Shown piece after piece: positions 31,040-40,849 of a stretch of 64,000 nucleotides of DNA. The stretch lies in NCBI GenBank assembly GCA_963798085.1, contig CAWCRS010000001.1, positions 32,001 through 96,000 on the forward strand, in the 5' to 3' direction. The notes below the pieces were generated by a model that was not told where the DNA came from, did not search any database, and saw only the letters and a program-made list of their open reading frames with translations. How positions within the stretch are numbered: the stretch's first letter is position 1; the number at the start of each line of letters is the position of its first letter. Source of the stretch: an uncultured Gemmatimonadales bacterium. Its GTDB lineage: Bacteria > Gemmatimonadota > Gemmatimonadetes > Longimicrobiales > RSA9. The translations under genes and the position numbers were made by a program.

Positions 31040-32371
31040 CTATGCGTTGCGGTCGAGGCACCCTTCCACGAGCGGCCTCGTGTTCGGGTTGTTGTCCTCC
31101 TCGATGGGAATCGGGAAGTTCAGGTCTGTCCCGAACGACCCGCCCTTGAAGTACGCGCCCGAGGGAAACACCGCGTCAGGCGAACGCTGGTACTGCCGTA
31201 TCATGCGGCGCATGTCGCCCACCCGGTGCGCCGTGCTGTAGAACCAGAGCGCCCGCTCCTGGAAGTGCAGGTTCTCCAGCTCGACGGTGCTCTGTCCCGT
31301 GTCCGTCAGCGGCGCCAGTCCCATCGTGGCGCGGGCCGCATTGTGCTTCGCGAAGAAGGTCACGCGGTCGCCCGCCTTGAGTGCGGCCTCGGCCTCGATC
31401 ATCCTCGCCTCGACACCGGTCGCGAGCGGCACCGGCGAATCGATGTCCGGACTCACCAGCTGCAGGAACAGCGTCGTCTGCCCATCAAAGCCGGTTTCGT
31501 GCGTGTTCTCCCACGGCACACGCGGATCATCCAGCGCGCGGTAGTGAATGCCATTGCCGCCATCGCCATCAGCCACGGAGACACGACCGTTGGTGCTCAG
31601 CGACCAAAGCCCGTTGTTCTGCGCCGGTGTGGTCGACGAGTGCAGCACGAAGTTCTTGAAATTCGTCGGCACCAGAGCGGCGATGGCAGCGGCATCCGCG
31701 AACTGACCCATGTCCAGCAGCGCCCTCGCCTTGCCCACCCTCGCCATGTTGCTCGCCGCATCCGCGGTCAGCGCCTTGTCGAATGCGGCCACCGCGTCCT
31801 GGAAAACCTGCTGCGTCGTGCGGGGCTGCCCGTAGACAATGGTGTTGCCCTGCAGGTCGCTGGCAGGCACACCCGAGCAGAACGTCTCGCCCAGGAGCGT
31901 CTCGGCATAACCCTCCAGACTGCGCATGTACGCGAGGTTCTCGTTCTCCGGATCGAATTCCTCGATCGCGGCGGCCGAGGCACGGGCCGAAACACGGGCC
32001 ACCTGCAGGCCGCTGTACACGCCCAGCACAATGGCGTTGTCGGTGCGGTCAATGTTGCGGCGGTCCACTTCGATGCGATCCGGGAACGTTTCCGAGTTCA
32101 CGTACTCATCGGTGAACATGCCCTGCGCCACAACTGTGCTGTTATTGAAATTGCCGTTGAATGCGATCTGGAAATCCAGGATGGCGCCGGCCACGCGCGT
32201 GGGAATCGCGTCCTTGCCCTGGAGCTGATCGGGCCGCACGACATCGGGATCACTGACTTTCAGAATGTTGTCGCAGCCTGCAAGCGTCACGGCCAGCAGG
32301 GAAGCGACGATGCCCGTGCGGCGCAGGCGCAGGATCGCGCGCTGCCCGCTCGTCTTCGGCATACCCGTCAT
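31040..32371 (-). CDS. susD: SusD/RagB-family outer-membrane lipoprotein
   Basis: Lipobox LAGC; DPRV, EARMIEAEA, ER..W....HR.GD.RR, FPIP.EE..NNP; directly downstream of susC. Confidence 0.88.
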   Translation of the reverse strand: MTGMPKTSGQRAILRLRRTGIVASLLAVTLAGCDNILKVSDPDVVRPDQLQGKDAIPTRVAGAILDFQIAFNGNFNNSTVVAQGMFTDEYVNSETFPDRIEVDRRNIDRTDNAIVLGVYSGLQVARVSARASAAAIEEFDPENENLAYMRSLEGYAETLLGETFCSGVPASDLQGNTIVYGQPRTTQQVFQDAVAAFDKALTADAASNMARVGKARALLDMGQFADAAAIAALVPTNFKNFVLHSSTTPAQNNGLWSLSTNGRVSVADGDGGNGIHYRALDDPRVPWENTHETGFDGQTTLFLQLVSPDIDSPVPLATGVEARMIEAEAALKAGDRVTFFAKHNAARATMGLAPLTDTGQSTVELENLHFQERALWFYSTAHRVGDMRRMIRQYQRSPDAVFPSGAYFKGGSFGTDLNFPIPIEEDNNPNTRPLVEGCLDRNA

Positions 32372-32388
32372 GGGATGCGTCCTCCCCG

Positions 32389-35300
32389 TCAGAAGTTGAT
32401 GTTGATGCGGGCGGTCCAGTAGCGGACCTGCGGCTGCGTGCCGAACTCGCCCTGCGTGAAGTTGCTGGCGGAACTGGACTCGTTGCCTTCCGGATCCAGG
32501 CCCGGGTATTTCGTCCAGGTCCGCAGATTGCGGCCCGCGAGCGTGAGGCTCAGTCCGCTGATGCGGCCGAAGCGCTGCACCCAGGTGCGCGGCGGCGACA
32601 GCGTGATCGCCAGTTCGCGCCACTTGATGAAGTCCGCCTTGTGAATCATGCCGGACAGCGAGACCGTGCCCGTGTTGGGATCGCCGAGAATATCCGCAAT
32701 GGCGGCCGCCTGGTCCGCCAGCGGCGCCTTCGGATCATCGAAACCGGCGCAGCCGCGGTCACTGGTCAGCACGGAGAAGAGACAGCGGAAATTCTCGTTG
32801 TCATCCAGCTGGTACTGCCCCGCGCGACCCTCGAACAGCGCCGACACCCGCAGGAAGTCGAAGATCTGCAGGTCGGTCGAGACCGAGCCCGTGAGCCTGG
32901 GCAGCGATGGCCCGATGTAGCTGGCCGTGTCGTCCACACTCACTTCGCCCGGATCCAACAGGCCGTTATGATCCGCATCCTGGAAATGGATGGCCGGCTG
33001 CCAGTAACCGCCGGCCGGGAATCCCGCAATGTGCTTCTGGTTGCCGCGGTTGAAAATGATGGGATCAATGCCGGCGCCCAGCTCGAGGATCCTGTTGCTG
33101 AGCGTGGCGGCCGCGACGCGCACGCTCCAGGAGAGCGGCCGTGATTCGATGACGCGCGCATTGAGGCCCAGCTCGACGCCCTGGTTGCGCACGTTGCCAA
33201 TGTTCTCGAAACGCGTGCCCGATCCGGTGGCCGGATTGGTTTCACCGAGCGATGGCGGCAGATTGCGCGCGATCAGCGCGTCGCGCGTCTCGCGCTGGAA
33301 CACGGTGAACTCGGCCGCCAGCCGCTCGCCCAGCAGACCGGCATCGAAGCCTGCTTCCAGCTCGCGTGTGCGCTCGGGCTTGAGGTCGAGATTGCCCGTG
33401 CCGCCAATCGTGACGCCCGGCTGATCGCCGGTCGGCGTCGCGGCGGTGGCCGGGCTGTAGTACGTGTCCGCCTGGCGGAACTGCGGCCGCTGGCCGGATT
33501 CGCCCACTGCACCGCGCAGGCGCAGCGAGCTGAGGAAGCTCATCTTCGGGAAGAAGGGCTCGTCGCTGATCACCCACGAACCCGTCACGGACGGGTAGTA
33601 GACCAGACCGAAGTCCGAGCCGAACGCGCTATTATCATCGGCCCGCAGCGCACCCGACAGGAAGAGACGGTCATTGAGCGCCACCTGCTCCTGGACGAAG
33701 CCGCCCACCGTGATGACGTCCGAGTTCTGCTCGGCGATCTGGAAGAGCGTGCTGGTACCGCTCAGCGAGCGCGTGCCCGGCGTCAGGCCGAAGCCCTTGC
33801 CGCGCGTCACGCCCAGCCGCTGCTTGTTGTAGTCGAAGCCCGCCGTGCTGCGCGAGACCAGACGGGAACTGAGCTGGAAGGACGCCACGGTGGCGCCATT
33901 GCCCGTGTACTGCAGGTTGGTGCCGCGGCTGTCCTCGGCCCAGCCGTTCACCCACGTCTCCGCAATGGGCGCCACATTGGGATCGAGGATCTGCGCGTCG
34001 TGCAGGCTGAACTGGTCGATGCCGGCCGTGCCATTGACGCTCAACCACGAGAACGGCTGCCAGCTGGCCGTCGCGCTGCCCGTGAAGCGATTGATCCCCT
34101 GCGTGGCGTAGAACTTCTGCGCCGTGACATCCGGCCCGAAGGCGTAGTAGGCGCTGGCCGTGTCCGAGTGATCGAAGTAGGCACGCCCCAGCATGCCGTT
34201 CAGAATCGGACTCAACACGCTGTTATCATTGGAGGGCTGCGAGAAGTTGCTCGCAATGTAGCTGGATGACGCCGACAGCGTCAGGTTGTCCCGCAGCAGC
34301 GTGCGTATGTTGGCACGCAGGTTCACCTTGTCCAGGAAGTTGGAGTCGTAGACGCCGTTCTCCCGCTCCTTGTCCGCGGACAGGAAGTACGTGAGGTTGT
34401 CGCTGCCGCCGCTCATGCTGACGCCGGTCTTGCGCCGGTCCCCGTTGCGGAACGGCGTGAATCCCGACTGGAAGGGATTGAAGCGCGCAATCGAGTCCTG
34501 CGTGCACGCGCCCGACGCCGCCTGGAAGTCGCGGCAGTGGCCCAGGGTACCGTTGCTGCGGCGGAACAGTCCGGCCACGTTGTCCGGCCAGTCCGTCCGT
34601 TCCTGCACCGCGCCGCCTTCCGCGTAGAGGTTCCAGCGCGTCTGTCCCGCACTGCCCCGCTTCGTCTTGATCAGGATCACACCGTTGGATGCCGACGTGC
34701 CGTAAATGCCGCTGGCCGCCGGCCCCTTCAATATCTCGATCGATTCAATGTCATCGAAGTTCAGGTCATTGAGCCGGTTCGGCACCTGCTCCGGCGCACC
34801 CTCCGAGAAGTTCGGATCCATGAAGAGCGTGCCATTGTCGAAACGGATGCCGTCGATGATGATGAGCGGCTCATTGTCGAGGGATATGCTGTTCGCGCCA
34901 CGAATGCGGATGCGCTGGCCGGCACCCGTGGTGCCGCTGATGTTGCGTACTTCCACGCCCGCGACACGACCGGTGATGACATCAGCGGGCCGCGCCAGCA
35001 CGGCCTTGTCCAGCGAGCCCATGTCGATGGAGCCCACCGCATTGCCGATCTCGCGCTTGCGCTCGCGTTCGCCCGTCACCGCGTTCACTACAATGCCGCC
35101 CAGCTCGACCGCGGTTTCCTTCAGCTGGAAATCGACTGTTGTCGTGCTGCCGGATGTGATGGTGACGCTCTGCGACGACTGCGCGTACCCGATGAACGTC
35201 GCCGTCACCGTCTGCGTCCCGGCCGGCACATTGGGAATGCTGTACCGCCCCTTCTGATCCGTAATGGCGCCGCGCTGCGTGCCGGCAATGAAGACCTGCA

Positions 35301-35439
35301 CACTCACCAGTGGCTGATCCGTCCCGGCAATCACGACGCGACCGGCCACCGTCCCACTCCCCTGGGCGCGTGCGCCCGAGGCGCTCGCCAGCGCCAGCAG
35401 CAGTGCGGCGAGACCGTATCGCTGTACCCGAAACCGCAT
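32389..35439 (-). CDS. susC: SusC/RagA TonB-dependent outer-membrane transporter
   Basis: IRIRG..S, PLIIIDG, DIESIEILKGPAAS.IYG...SNGVILIKTKRG, LKPERT.E.EAG, C-terminal Phe. Confidence 0.95.
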   Translation of the reverse strand: MRFRVQRYGLAALLLALASASGARAQGSGTVAGRVVIAGTDQPLVSVQVFIAGTQRGAITDQKGRYSIPNVPAGTQTVTATFIGYAQSSQSVTITSGSTTTVDFQLKETAVELGGIVVNAVTGERERKREIGNAVGSIDMGSLDKAVLARPADVITGRVAGVEVRNISGTTGAGQRIRIRGANSISLDNEPLIIIDGIRFDNGTLFMDPNFSEGAPEQVPNRLNDLNFDDIESIEILKGPAASGIYGTSASNGVILIKTKRGSAGQTRWNLYAEGGAVQERTDWPDNVAGLFRRSNGTLGHCRDFQAASGACTQDSIARFNPFQSGFTPFRNGDRRKTGVSMSGGSDNLTYFLSADKERENGVYDSNFLDKVNLRANIRTLLRDNLTLSASSSYIASNFSQPSNDNSVLSPILNGMLGRAYFDHSDTASAYYAFGPDVTAQKFYATQGINRFTGSATASWQPFSWLSVNGTAGIDQFSLHDAQILDPNVAPIAETWVNGWAEDSRGTNLQYTGNGATVASFQLSSRLVSRSTAGFDYNKQRLGVTRGKGFGLTPGTRSLSGTSTLFQIAEQNSDVITVGGFVQEQVALNDRLFLSGALRADDNSAFGSDFGLVYYPSVTGSWVISDEPFFPKMSFLSSLRLRGAVGESGQRPQFRQADTYYSPATAATPTGDQPGVTIGGTGNLDLKPERTRELEAGFDAGLLGERLAAEFTVFQRETRDALIARNLPPSLGETNPATGSGTRFENIGNVRNQGVELGLNARVIESRPLSWSVRVAAATLSNRILELGAGIDPIIFNRGNQKHIAGFPAGGYWQPAIHFQDADHNGLLDPGEVSVDDTASYIGPSLPRLTGSVSTDLQIFDFLRVSALFEGRAGQYQLDDNENFRCLFSVLTSDRGCAGFDDPKAPLADQAAAIADILGDPNTGTVSLSGMIHKADFIKWRELAITLSPPRTWVQRFGRISGLSLTLAGRNLRTWTKYPGLDPEGNESSSASNFTQGEFGTQPQVRYWTARININF

Positions 35440-35696
35440 GGATGCTCTCCTTCCGCCGGCAATCCCTGGCCGGCAACGACGTTCTGCTGTCCGTGAACCG
35501 GATCGCCGCGACGCGCGATATGCGCGCAGCGCCGCATGACCCCCATGAACCCCGGCTCACGAGTTAGAACGAGATGCTGACTTCCGTGTTGACGGCGCCG
35601 GTTCGAGTGAGCCGGATCGCGGGACGGAGTCAGGTTCGGTCGGGACGGAATGTGTCACGTGTGGGCGTGTGTCTTACATATAGACAGACGAACGGC

Positions 35697-36069
35697 GTTG
35701 CTGGGGCTGGGGCTCGGGCCCGGTTGCTGGCGAGCGGATACGGATTACGACGGACTGTTGCTGGGGCTCGGGCTCGGGCTGGTTGCTGGCGAACGAATGC
35801 GAATTACGACGGACTGTTGCTGGGGCTCGAGCTGGTTCTTGGCGAACGGATACTTTACGGAAAGAAAGGCATGCGGCTCGCCGCGTATCGGCCGGGGCGA
35901 ACGGCAATGGAGCGGCGTTCATCTCCGGCCCGGACGCATGCCTCCAAACACCGAGTTTGTCCGACACAGGTGGCACTGCCATTCGCCCCGGCAACCGGCC
36001 AGCCAGTGGCAGCACCGTACTCGGTTGCAGTTCAATCCATTCCCGGCAACCAGCCCGAGCCCCAGCCCC
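35697..36069. repeat. Three tandem 59-60-bp repeats plus a distal inverted copy in the cytochrome-susC intergenic region
   Basis: Units start at 35697, 35757 and 35816 (GTTGCTGGGGCTCGGGCT..GGTTGCTGGCGA..GATTACGACGGACT). The inverted GCAACCAGCCCGAGCCCCAGCCCC is at 36046-36069. Confidence 0.85.
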
Positions 36070-36099
36070 GGAAACGCAGTACCGGTTTCCGCACCGGCT

Positions 36100-37248
36100 T
36101 CAGCTCAGATTCTTGTGACAGGAACGGCACTCGGTAGGCGCTTTCCAGACGTGCGCCTTGTGGCACTCAATGCACTTGCCGGCAATGGGATGGTTCAGGC
36201 CCTTGTGGTAGGCGGTCAATGTCTCCGCGCTGGAGTGACAGCCGGCTTTCGTGCAGGAGCGGATCGCGGCGGCGGGTGTGGTCTGCGTGTGCGGATTGTG
36301 GCAGTCGCCGCAGACGCCTTTGTGCGGATCCTTGTCGGGCTCGAAGTTGGCCAGCACGCGCCTCATGTCATGACAGTCGAGACAGCCCTGGAACGTGGGC
36401 ACGAGGCCCTGCTTCGCCAGGCGAAGGCTGTCGGCTTCGTTGATCGGCTTGGTGAACTTGTGGCAGGCCAGACAGTGGAACGACGTCGTGGAATCTGCCA
36501 TGGCGCCCAGCACCATCTGCGTGCTCTGCGGCTTGTGACAGCCGGTCTGGCCGCACGTCTTGTCCGCCGGCACGAACTTGTGCACTTCGACGCCGTGACA
36601 GGTCACGCACTTCACATCCTTGAGCGCGCTCGAGTCCAATGTCAGGTGTACCTTGTGACCCGCGGTCGCGGAAATGCGCTGCCACGTGCTGTCCTTGTCC
36701 TGGACAATGTGGCACTTCACGCACACTTCGTTAGCCACCTTGGCGTGCGGCCCAATGTCCTGCGGCCGGTCCAGCACCCACAGATAAACCTGTCGCAGGC
36801 TGGCGTAGAGCGGCTGCTGGTGGCAGTCGTGACACTTGCGCCTGGAATGCTCGCTGTTGAGGAAGCGCGTGTAGGCCACATCCATGACGTGGCAGGCCTG
36901 GCAGAAATCGTTCTCGTGCTGCGTGTAGTTGAAGCTGATCACACCAAAGACGCCGCCTGACACGGCGACCAGCAGCACGCCCACTGCCAGCCCCGCCTTC
37001 ACGCCCGTGGGCCGCGTCTTGAGCCACGTCCAAATGGCAATGCGGCGCTTCCACAGAAACCATACGATGATTCCCGCGACCGCCAGCCCCAGGACGAGGC
37101 CGGCGATCTGGATCCACTGCGGCACCTGGAAGAACCAGCGGATCGCGGCCGCCACCCCGCCGGGCAGCGGCGGCGGCGGCAGCTGCTGCGACAGCTGTTG
37201 TGCGCCGAGCGCGGGCGCCTTGACCACCGTGTTTCCTCCGATTGTCAT
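36100..37248 (-). CDS. Membrane-anchored multiheme cytochrome c (NapC/NirT-like N-terminal part), 11 putative heme sites
   Basis: Two TM helices; 9 CxxCH plus 2 Cx4CH (CGQTGCH, CTKAGCH). Confidence 0.88.
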   Translation of the reverse strand: MTIGGNTVVKAPALGAQQLSQQLPPPPLPGGVAAAIRWFFQVPQWIQIAGLVLGLAVAGIIVWFLWKRRIAIWTWLKTRPTGVKAGLAVGVLLVAVSGGVFGVISFNYTQHENDFCQACHVMDVAYTRFLNSEHSRRKCHDCHQQPLYASLRQVYLWVLDRPQDIGPHAKVANEVCVKCHIVQDKDSTWQRISATAGHKVHLTLDSSALKDVKCVTCHGVEVHKFVPADKTCGQTGCHKPQSTQMVLGAMADSTTSFHCLACHKFTKPINEADSLRLAKQGLVPTFQGCLDCHDMRRVLANFEPDKDPHKGVCGDCHNPHTQTTPAAAIRSCTKAGCHSSAETLTAYHKGLNHPIAGKCIECHKAHVWKAPTECRSCHKNLS

Positions 37249-37487
37249 CACCGCGCGCAACGAGCGAGGGTGTACCCCGGCGTCCGGGCGGGCAGGAGCG
37301 CGCCGGCCGGACTCCGTACTACTGCGTACCGGCCTAATCTCGGTTGAGCGACATCGCGCGGCGGTAGGAGATCGCGCGACACCATGGTAGGGGAAACCCG
37401 GACACCGCCGACGGCAGTACGGTCGTCGGCATGGCCGGGCCGCCGGCCGGAATCCGCAGTCAGGAGAGAGCGCCAGCCAGAGGGGAC

Positions 37488-38285
37488 ATGAGCGAATCGG
37501 AGCGGGGGCAGGTCACGCGCAGTGCTGCGGACATCTACAATGCGTTCTTCGTGCCCGCGCTGTTCAGCGAGTGGGCGCCTCGCGTCGCGCGTGCGGCCGA
37601 GATTACGCCGGGCCAGCACGTGCTCAATGTGGGTTGCGGCACCGGCGTCCTCGCCCGCCACGCGGCGACGCTCGCGGGCGCGCGCGGCCGGGTCGTGGGC
37701 CTCGATGTCAACCCCGGCATGCTGGCGGTCGCAGCGCGGGCGCGCCCGGCGCTCGAGTGGCGCCAGGGCGAGGCGGAATCGCTGCCGTTCACGGACGGCG
37801 AGTTCAATGCAGTGGTGTGTCAGTTCGCGCTGATGTTCCTGGGCGACCGTAAAGCCGCGTTAGAAGAGATGGCCCGGGTGACGAGGCGGGGCGGCCGCCT
37901 CGCCCTTGCCGTCTGGGCCGGCCTCGACGACAACCCGGGCTACACCGCCGTCGCGCGGCTGCTGCACGCGCTGTTCGGGCCCGCCGCCGCGGCCGCGGTG
38001 GAAGCGCCGTTCGCGCTGGGTGACGTCGCGGCGCTGCGCGCGCGGTTCGCGGACGCCGGCCTGCCCGACGTGCGCATCGAGACGGTCACCGGCGCGGCGC
38101 GCTTCCCCTCGATCGAGTCGTGGATGCACACGGAGATCCGCGGCTGGACCCTGGCCGACCGGATCGATGACGCACAGTTCGCCGCACTGCTGGCCGCCGC
38201 GCACACCGAGCTGCAGCCGTTCTGCCGGCCGGATGGTCGCGTCGCCTTTGCCATGCCTGCGCACATCGTGAGCGCGACGCTCTGA
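37488..38285 (+). CDS. Class I SAM-dependent methyltransferase (UbiE-like)
   Basis: VLNVGCGTG, GLDVNPGML, AESLPF, ALEEMARV..GG. Confidence 0.88.
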   Translation: MSESERGQVTRSAADIYNAFFVPALFSEWAPRVARAAEITPGQHVLNVGCGTGVLARHAATLAGARGRVVGLDVNPGMLAVAARARPALEWRQGEAESLPFTDGEFNAVVCQFALMFLGDRKAALEEMARVTRRGGRLALAVWAGLDDNPGYTAVARLLHALFGPAAAAAVEAPFALGDVAALRARFADAGLPDVRIETVTGAARFPSIESWMHTEIRGWTLADRIDDAQFAALLAAAHTELQPFCRPDGRVAFAMPAHIVSATL

Positions 38286-38370
38286 GGCGGACTACGGCAC
38301 CGGTATCCGGCGGCGGATCCGCCTCACGTTCGGGCAGCAGCAGAGCGCGCATCCCCGGCTGACAGCGTTG

Positions 38371-38964
38371 TCAGGTGGCGTTCCGTGACCCGCGCTGATT
38401 TCGCTGCACCTGATAACACAGCTCTACCACGCCGTTCCGGCAGGCGTTGACCTCAGTGAGATGCAGCGCAATGTCGCGGTCGAGCCTGCCGAAGAAGGGG
38501 ATGCCATGGCCGATCAGGACCGGCAGGATGGAATAGCGGACTTCGTCGGCCAGGCCGAGACGGAGGCATGCGCCGGATACCGCACCACCTCCCACGAACC
38601 AGATGCTGCGGAACGTGGGGCGCAGGCGGCCGTTCACGAACTGCGCGAGGTCGCCTGAATGGAACTCGACGGTGTCGCGGGTCCGTGGCAGCTGGCGGCT
38701 GGTGAGGACGAACGTCGGTTTGGCGCCGTACAACCAGCCCAGCCCCCGGGCCTCGAAACCAAGCGCGGTCTCATAGGTTCGCGATCCCATGACGTAGCAG
38801 TCGATCGTCGCGAGGAACGCCCCGACAGCCGCCGCATCCATGGTGCTCCCGCCCGCGAATTCGTCCGAAGTTTCGAGCCAGTCGACACTCCCGTCCTGCC
38901 GCGCGATGAAGCCGTCGAGGCTCGCCGCCATGTGGATCGTGACGCGAGAATCAGCAGTCGCCAT
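38371..38964 (-). CDS. Dihydrofolate reductase-like/RibD C-terminal domain protein
   Basis: MAASLDGFIA, MGSRTYE, IWFVGGG, PVLIG.GIPFF. Confidence 0.9.
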   Translation of the reverse strand: MATADSRVTIHMAASLDGFIARQDGSVDWLETSDEFAGGSTMDAAAVGAFLATIDCYVMGSRTYETALGFEARGLGWLYGAKPTFVLTSRQLPRTRDTVEFHSGDLAQFVNGRLRPTFRSIWFVGGGAVSGACLRLGLADEVRYSILPVLIGHGIPFFGRLDRDIALHLTEVNACRNGVVELCYQVQRNQRGSRNAT

Positions 38965-39015
38965 GATTCATCCGTGCTTCGAGGCGTGCATGGCGCGACG
39001 CAGGCCTGACTCGCA

Positions 39016-39729
39016 TCACGCCGGCCTCCCAGGCGCTTCCTCGCGATACATCTCGAGCCGGTTCGCCAGCTCTTCCGGATGGCCCAGCGCCGGGAGGTGA
39101 CCGCTATCCATCTCGTCCGGCACAATGCCAAGCCGATCTTCCACGATGCGGCGCAGGAAGGCGGGCGGGAAGAAGCGATCCTTCGTGCACAGCAGGAACG
39201 TGGTCGGCACCGCGGGCCACGCGTCGAGTGGCCACACCTCCTCGAACGGTCTGCGCGACTGGTAGCGCTCCCCGCGTGCCATGGCCTCGGCGACGACGTT
39301 GCGCGGCACGTCGTGGAAGAAATCCGCCATCACATCGAAGCCGCCGCCCGGGCGACCCTGGCGCGCGAGCTCCTCCGCGCGGGCCTGCTCCCAGCCCGTG
39401 TGCGACCACCAGTCGCCGAGTCGCTCGCGCGGCAGCGGTATCATGGCGGCGACGAGCACGAGCAGACTGGCCGGGAGCCGCGCACACACGAGCGGCGCCG
39501 TGAAGCCGCCCATCGACTGGCCGACCACAATAATCTGCATCTGCCCGCGCGCCAGGTCGCCGACCGCCTCCAACACCGCGTTAGTGTACGCATCAATGCC
39601 GGCCGCGTCGGAATCAATGGGCAGGTCCGGCGCCACCACCGCATGGCCGCGGGCCTCCAGCAGCGGCACGACGCGGTGCCAGTACCACGAGTCCGTGGAC
39701 GCGCCATGGATCAGGATATACAGTGCCAT
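39016..39729 (-). CDS. Alpha/beta-fold hydrolase
   Basis: ILIHGA, GQSMG nucleophile elbow, KDR, SGHLP. Confidence 0.9.
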   Translation of the reverse strand: MALYILIHGASTDSWYWHRVVPLLEARGHAVVAPDLPIDSDAAGIDAYTNAVLEAVGDLARGQMQIIVVGQSMGGFTAPLVCARLPASLLVLVAAMIPLPRERLGDWWSHTGWEQARAEELARQGRPGGGFDVMADFFHDVPRNVVAEAMARGERYQSRRPFEEVWPLDAWPAVPTTFLLCTKDRFFPPAFLRRIVEDRLGIVPDEMDSGHLPALGHPEELANRLEMYREEAPGRPA

Positions 39730-39817
39730 CAGACGCGTCTCCCCAGCGTCACCCTCGGCATTGCCAGACGGGAGTGAGCGTTCGGACGTAGTCCGCTCTT
39801 GCGAGTGTCGGAGTCGG

Positions 39818-40660
39818 CTATCGTTGCGGTCGCTCGCCGCGAACCGTGACGCGATAGCCGGACCGTACCTGCGGGAAGTAGTCCCACACCGCGTAGTGCT
39901 GCGTGCAGCGGTTGTCCCAGAACGCGATGGAGTTCCGTTCCCAGTGGAAGCGGCACTGGAACTGCGGGTTCTTCACGTGATCGAACAGGAAGTCGAGGAT
40001 CGCGTCGCTTTCCGCGGCCGGCAATCCGACGATGCGCGTGGTGAACATCGAGTTTACGTACAGGCACTTGCGGGCGGACACGGGATGCGTGCGCACGACC
40101 GGATGCGTGGCCCGCGGATACGTGCGGCCGCCATCCTCGCGCCCGAGAATCGCATTGACGCCGCGGTAGTAGGGCGCGCCGTCGTGAACCGCGTCCAGCC
40201 GGTCGAGCATCGCCTTCAGCGGCTGGGACAGCGCATCATACGCGGCGTACATGCTGGCGAACATCGTGTCACCGCCGCTCCCGGGCACGACGAACATGCG
40301 CAGGATCGAGCCCATGGGCGGCTCTTCCGCGCACGACACGTCGGAATGCCACATCTCGCCGGCCACGCGCTTCGACTTCTCATCCGCATGGATGATCATG
40401 ACCTCCGGATGGCCCTGGAGCCCGGGATCGTTCGGATGAATATCGAGCGTGCCGAAGCGGGCGCCGAACGCCTTGTGCGCCTCGACGCTGATGTCCTGAT
40501 CGCGGAAGAACACGACCTGGTGCCGGGTCAGCGCAGCGCGGATCGCCTCGAACTGCGTGTCCGAGAGATCCTCCAGATCGACGCCCAGGATCTCGGCACC
40601 AATGGTGGGCGTGACGGCTCGGATCGTCAGGCCGGATGCGCGCGTTTCGCTGTCGATCAC
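39818..40660 (-). CDS. tauD: TauD/TfdA Fe(II)/2-oxoglutarate dioxygenase
   Basis: GAEI.GVDL, WHSD, GGDTMFA, HPVVRTHP, WDNRCTQHYA; GTG after AGGAGG. Family-level assignment. Confidence 0.88.
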   Translation of the reverse strand: MIDSETRASGLTIRAVTPTIGAEILGVDLEDLSDTQFEAIRAALTRHQVVFFRDQDISVEAHKAFGARFGTLDIHPNDPGLQGHPEVMIIHADEKSKRVAGEMWHSDVSCAEEPPMGSILRMFVVPGSGGDTMFASMYAAYDALSQPLKAMLDRLDAVHDGAPYYRGVNAILGREDGGRTYPRATHPVVRTHPVSARKCLYVNSMFTTRIVGLPAAESDAILDFLFDHVKNPQFQCRFHWERNSIAFWDNRCTQHYAVWDYFPQVRSGYRVTVRGERPQR

Positions 40661-40849
40661 AGGACCTCCTGGCCGTCCGCGTGTGAGATCGCGCGTGCCA
40701 CAAGCAATGCATAGCATACTGCCAGCCGGCCGGACACGATACGCCGGCATGCAGCGAGCGCAACGATTTGTGTGGCGCCTGGTCCGCCGGCACGATCTGT
40801 TCCGCTGCGCACTCGGATTTGAACGCCACCGGGGGAGGCCGGGAATGAT

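Noticed and set aside
40700..40730. Possible sigma-54 promoter upstream of tauD (TGGCAG...TGC on the minus strand)
   Set aside because: GG-to-GC spacing is one base off the strict -24/-12 requirement.
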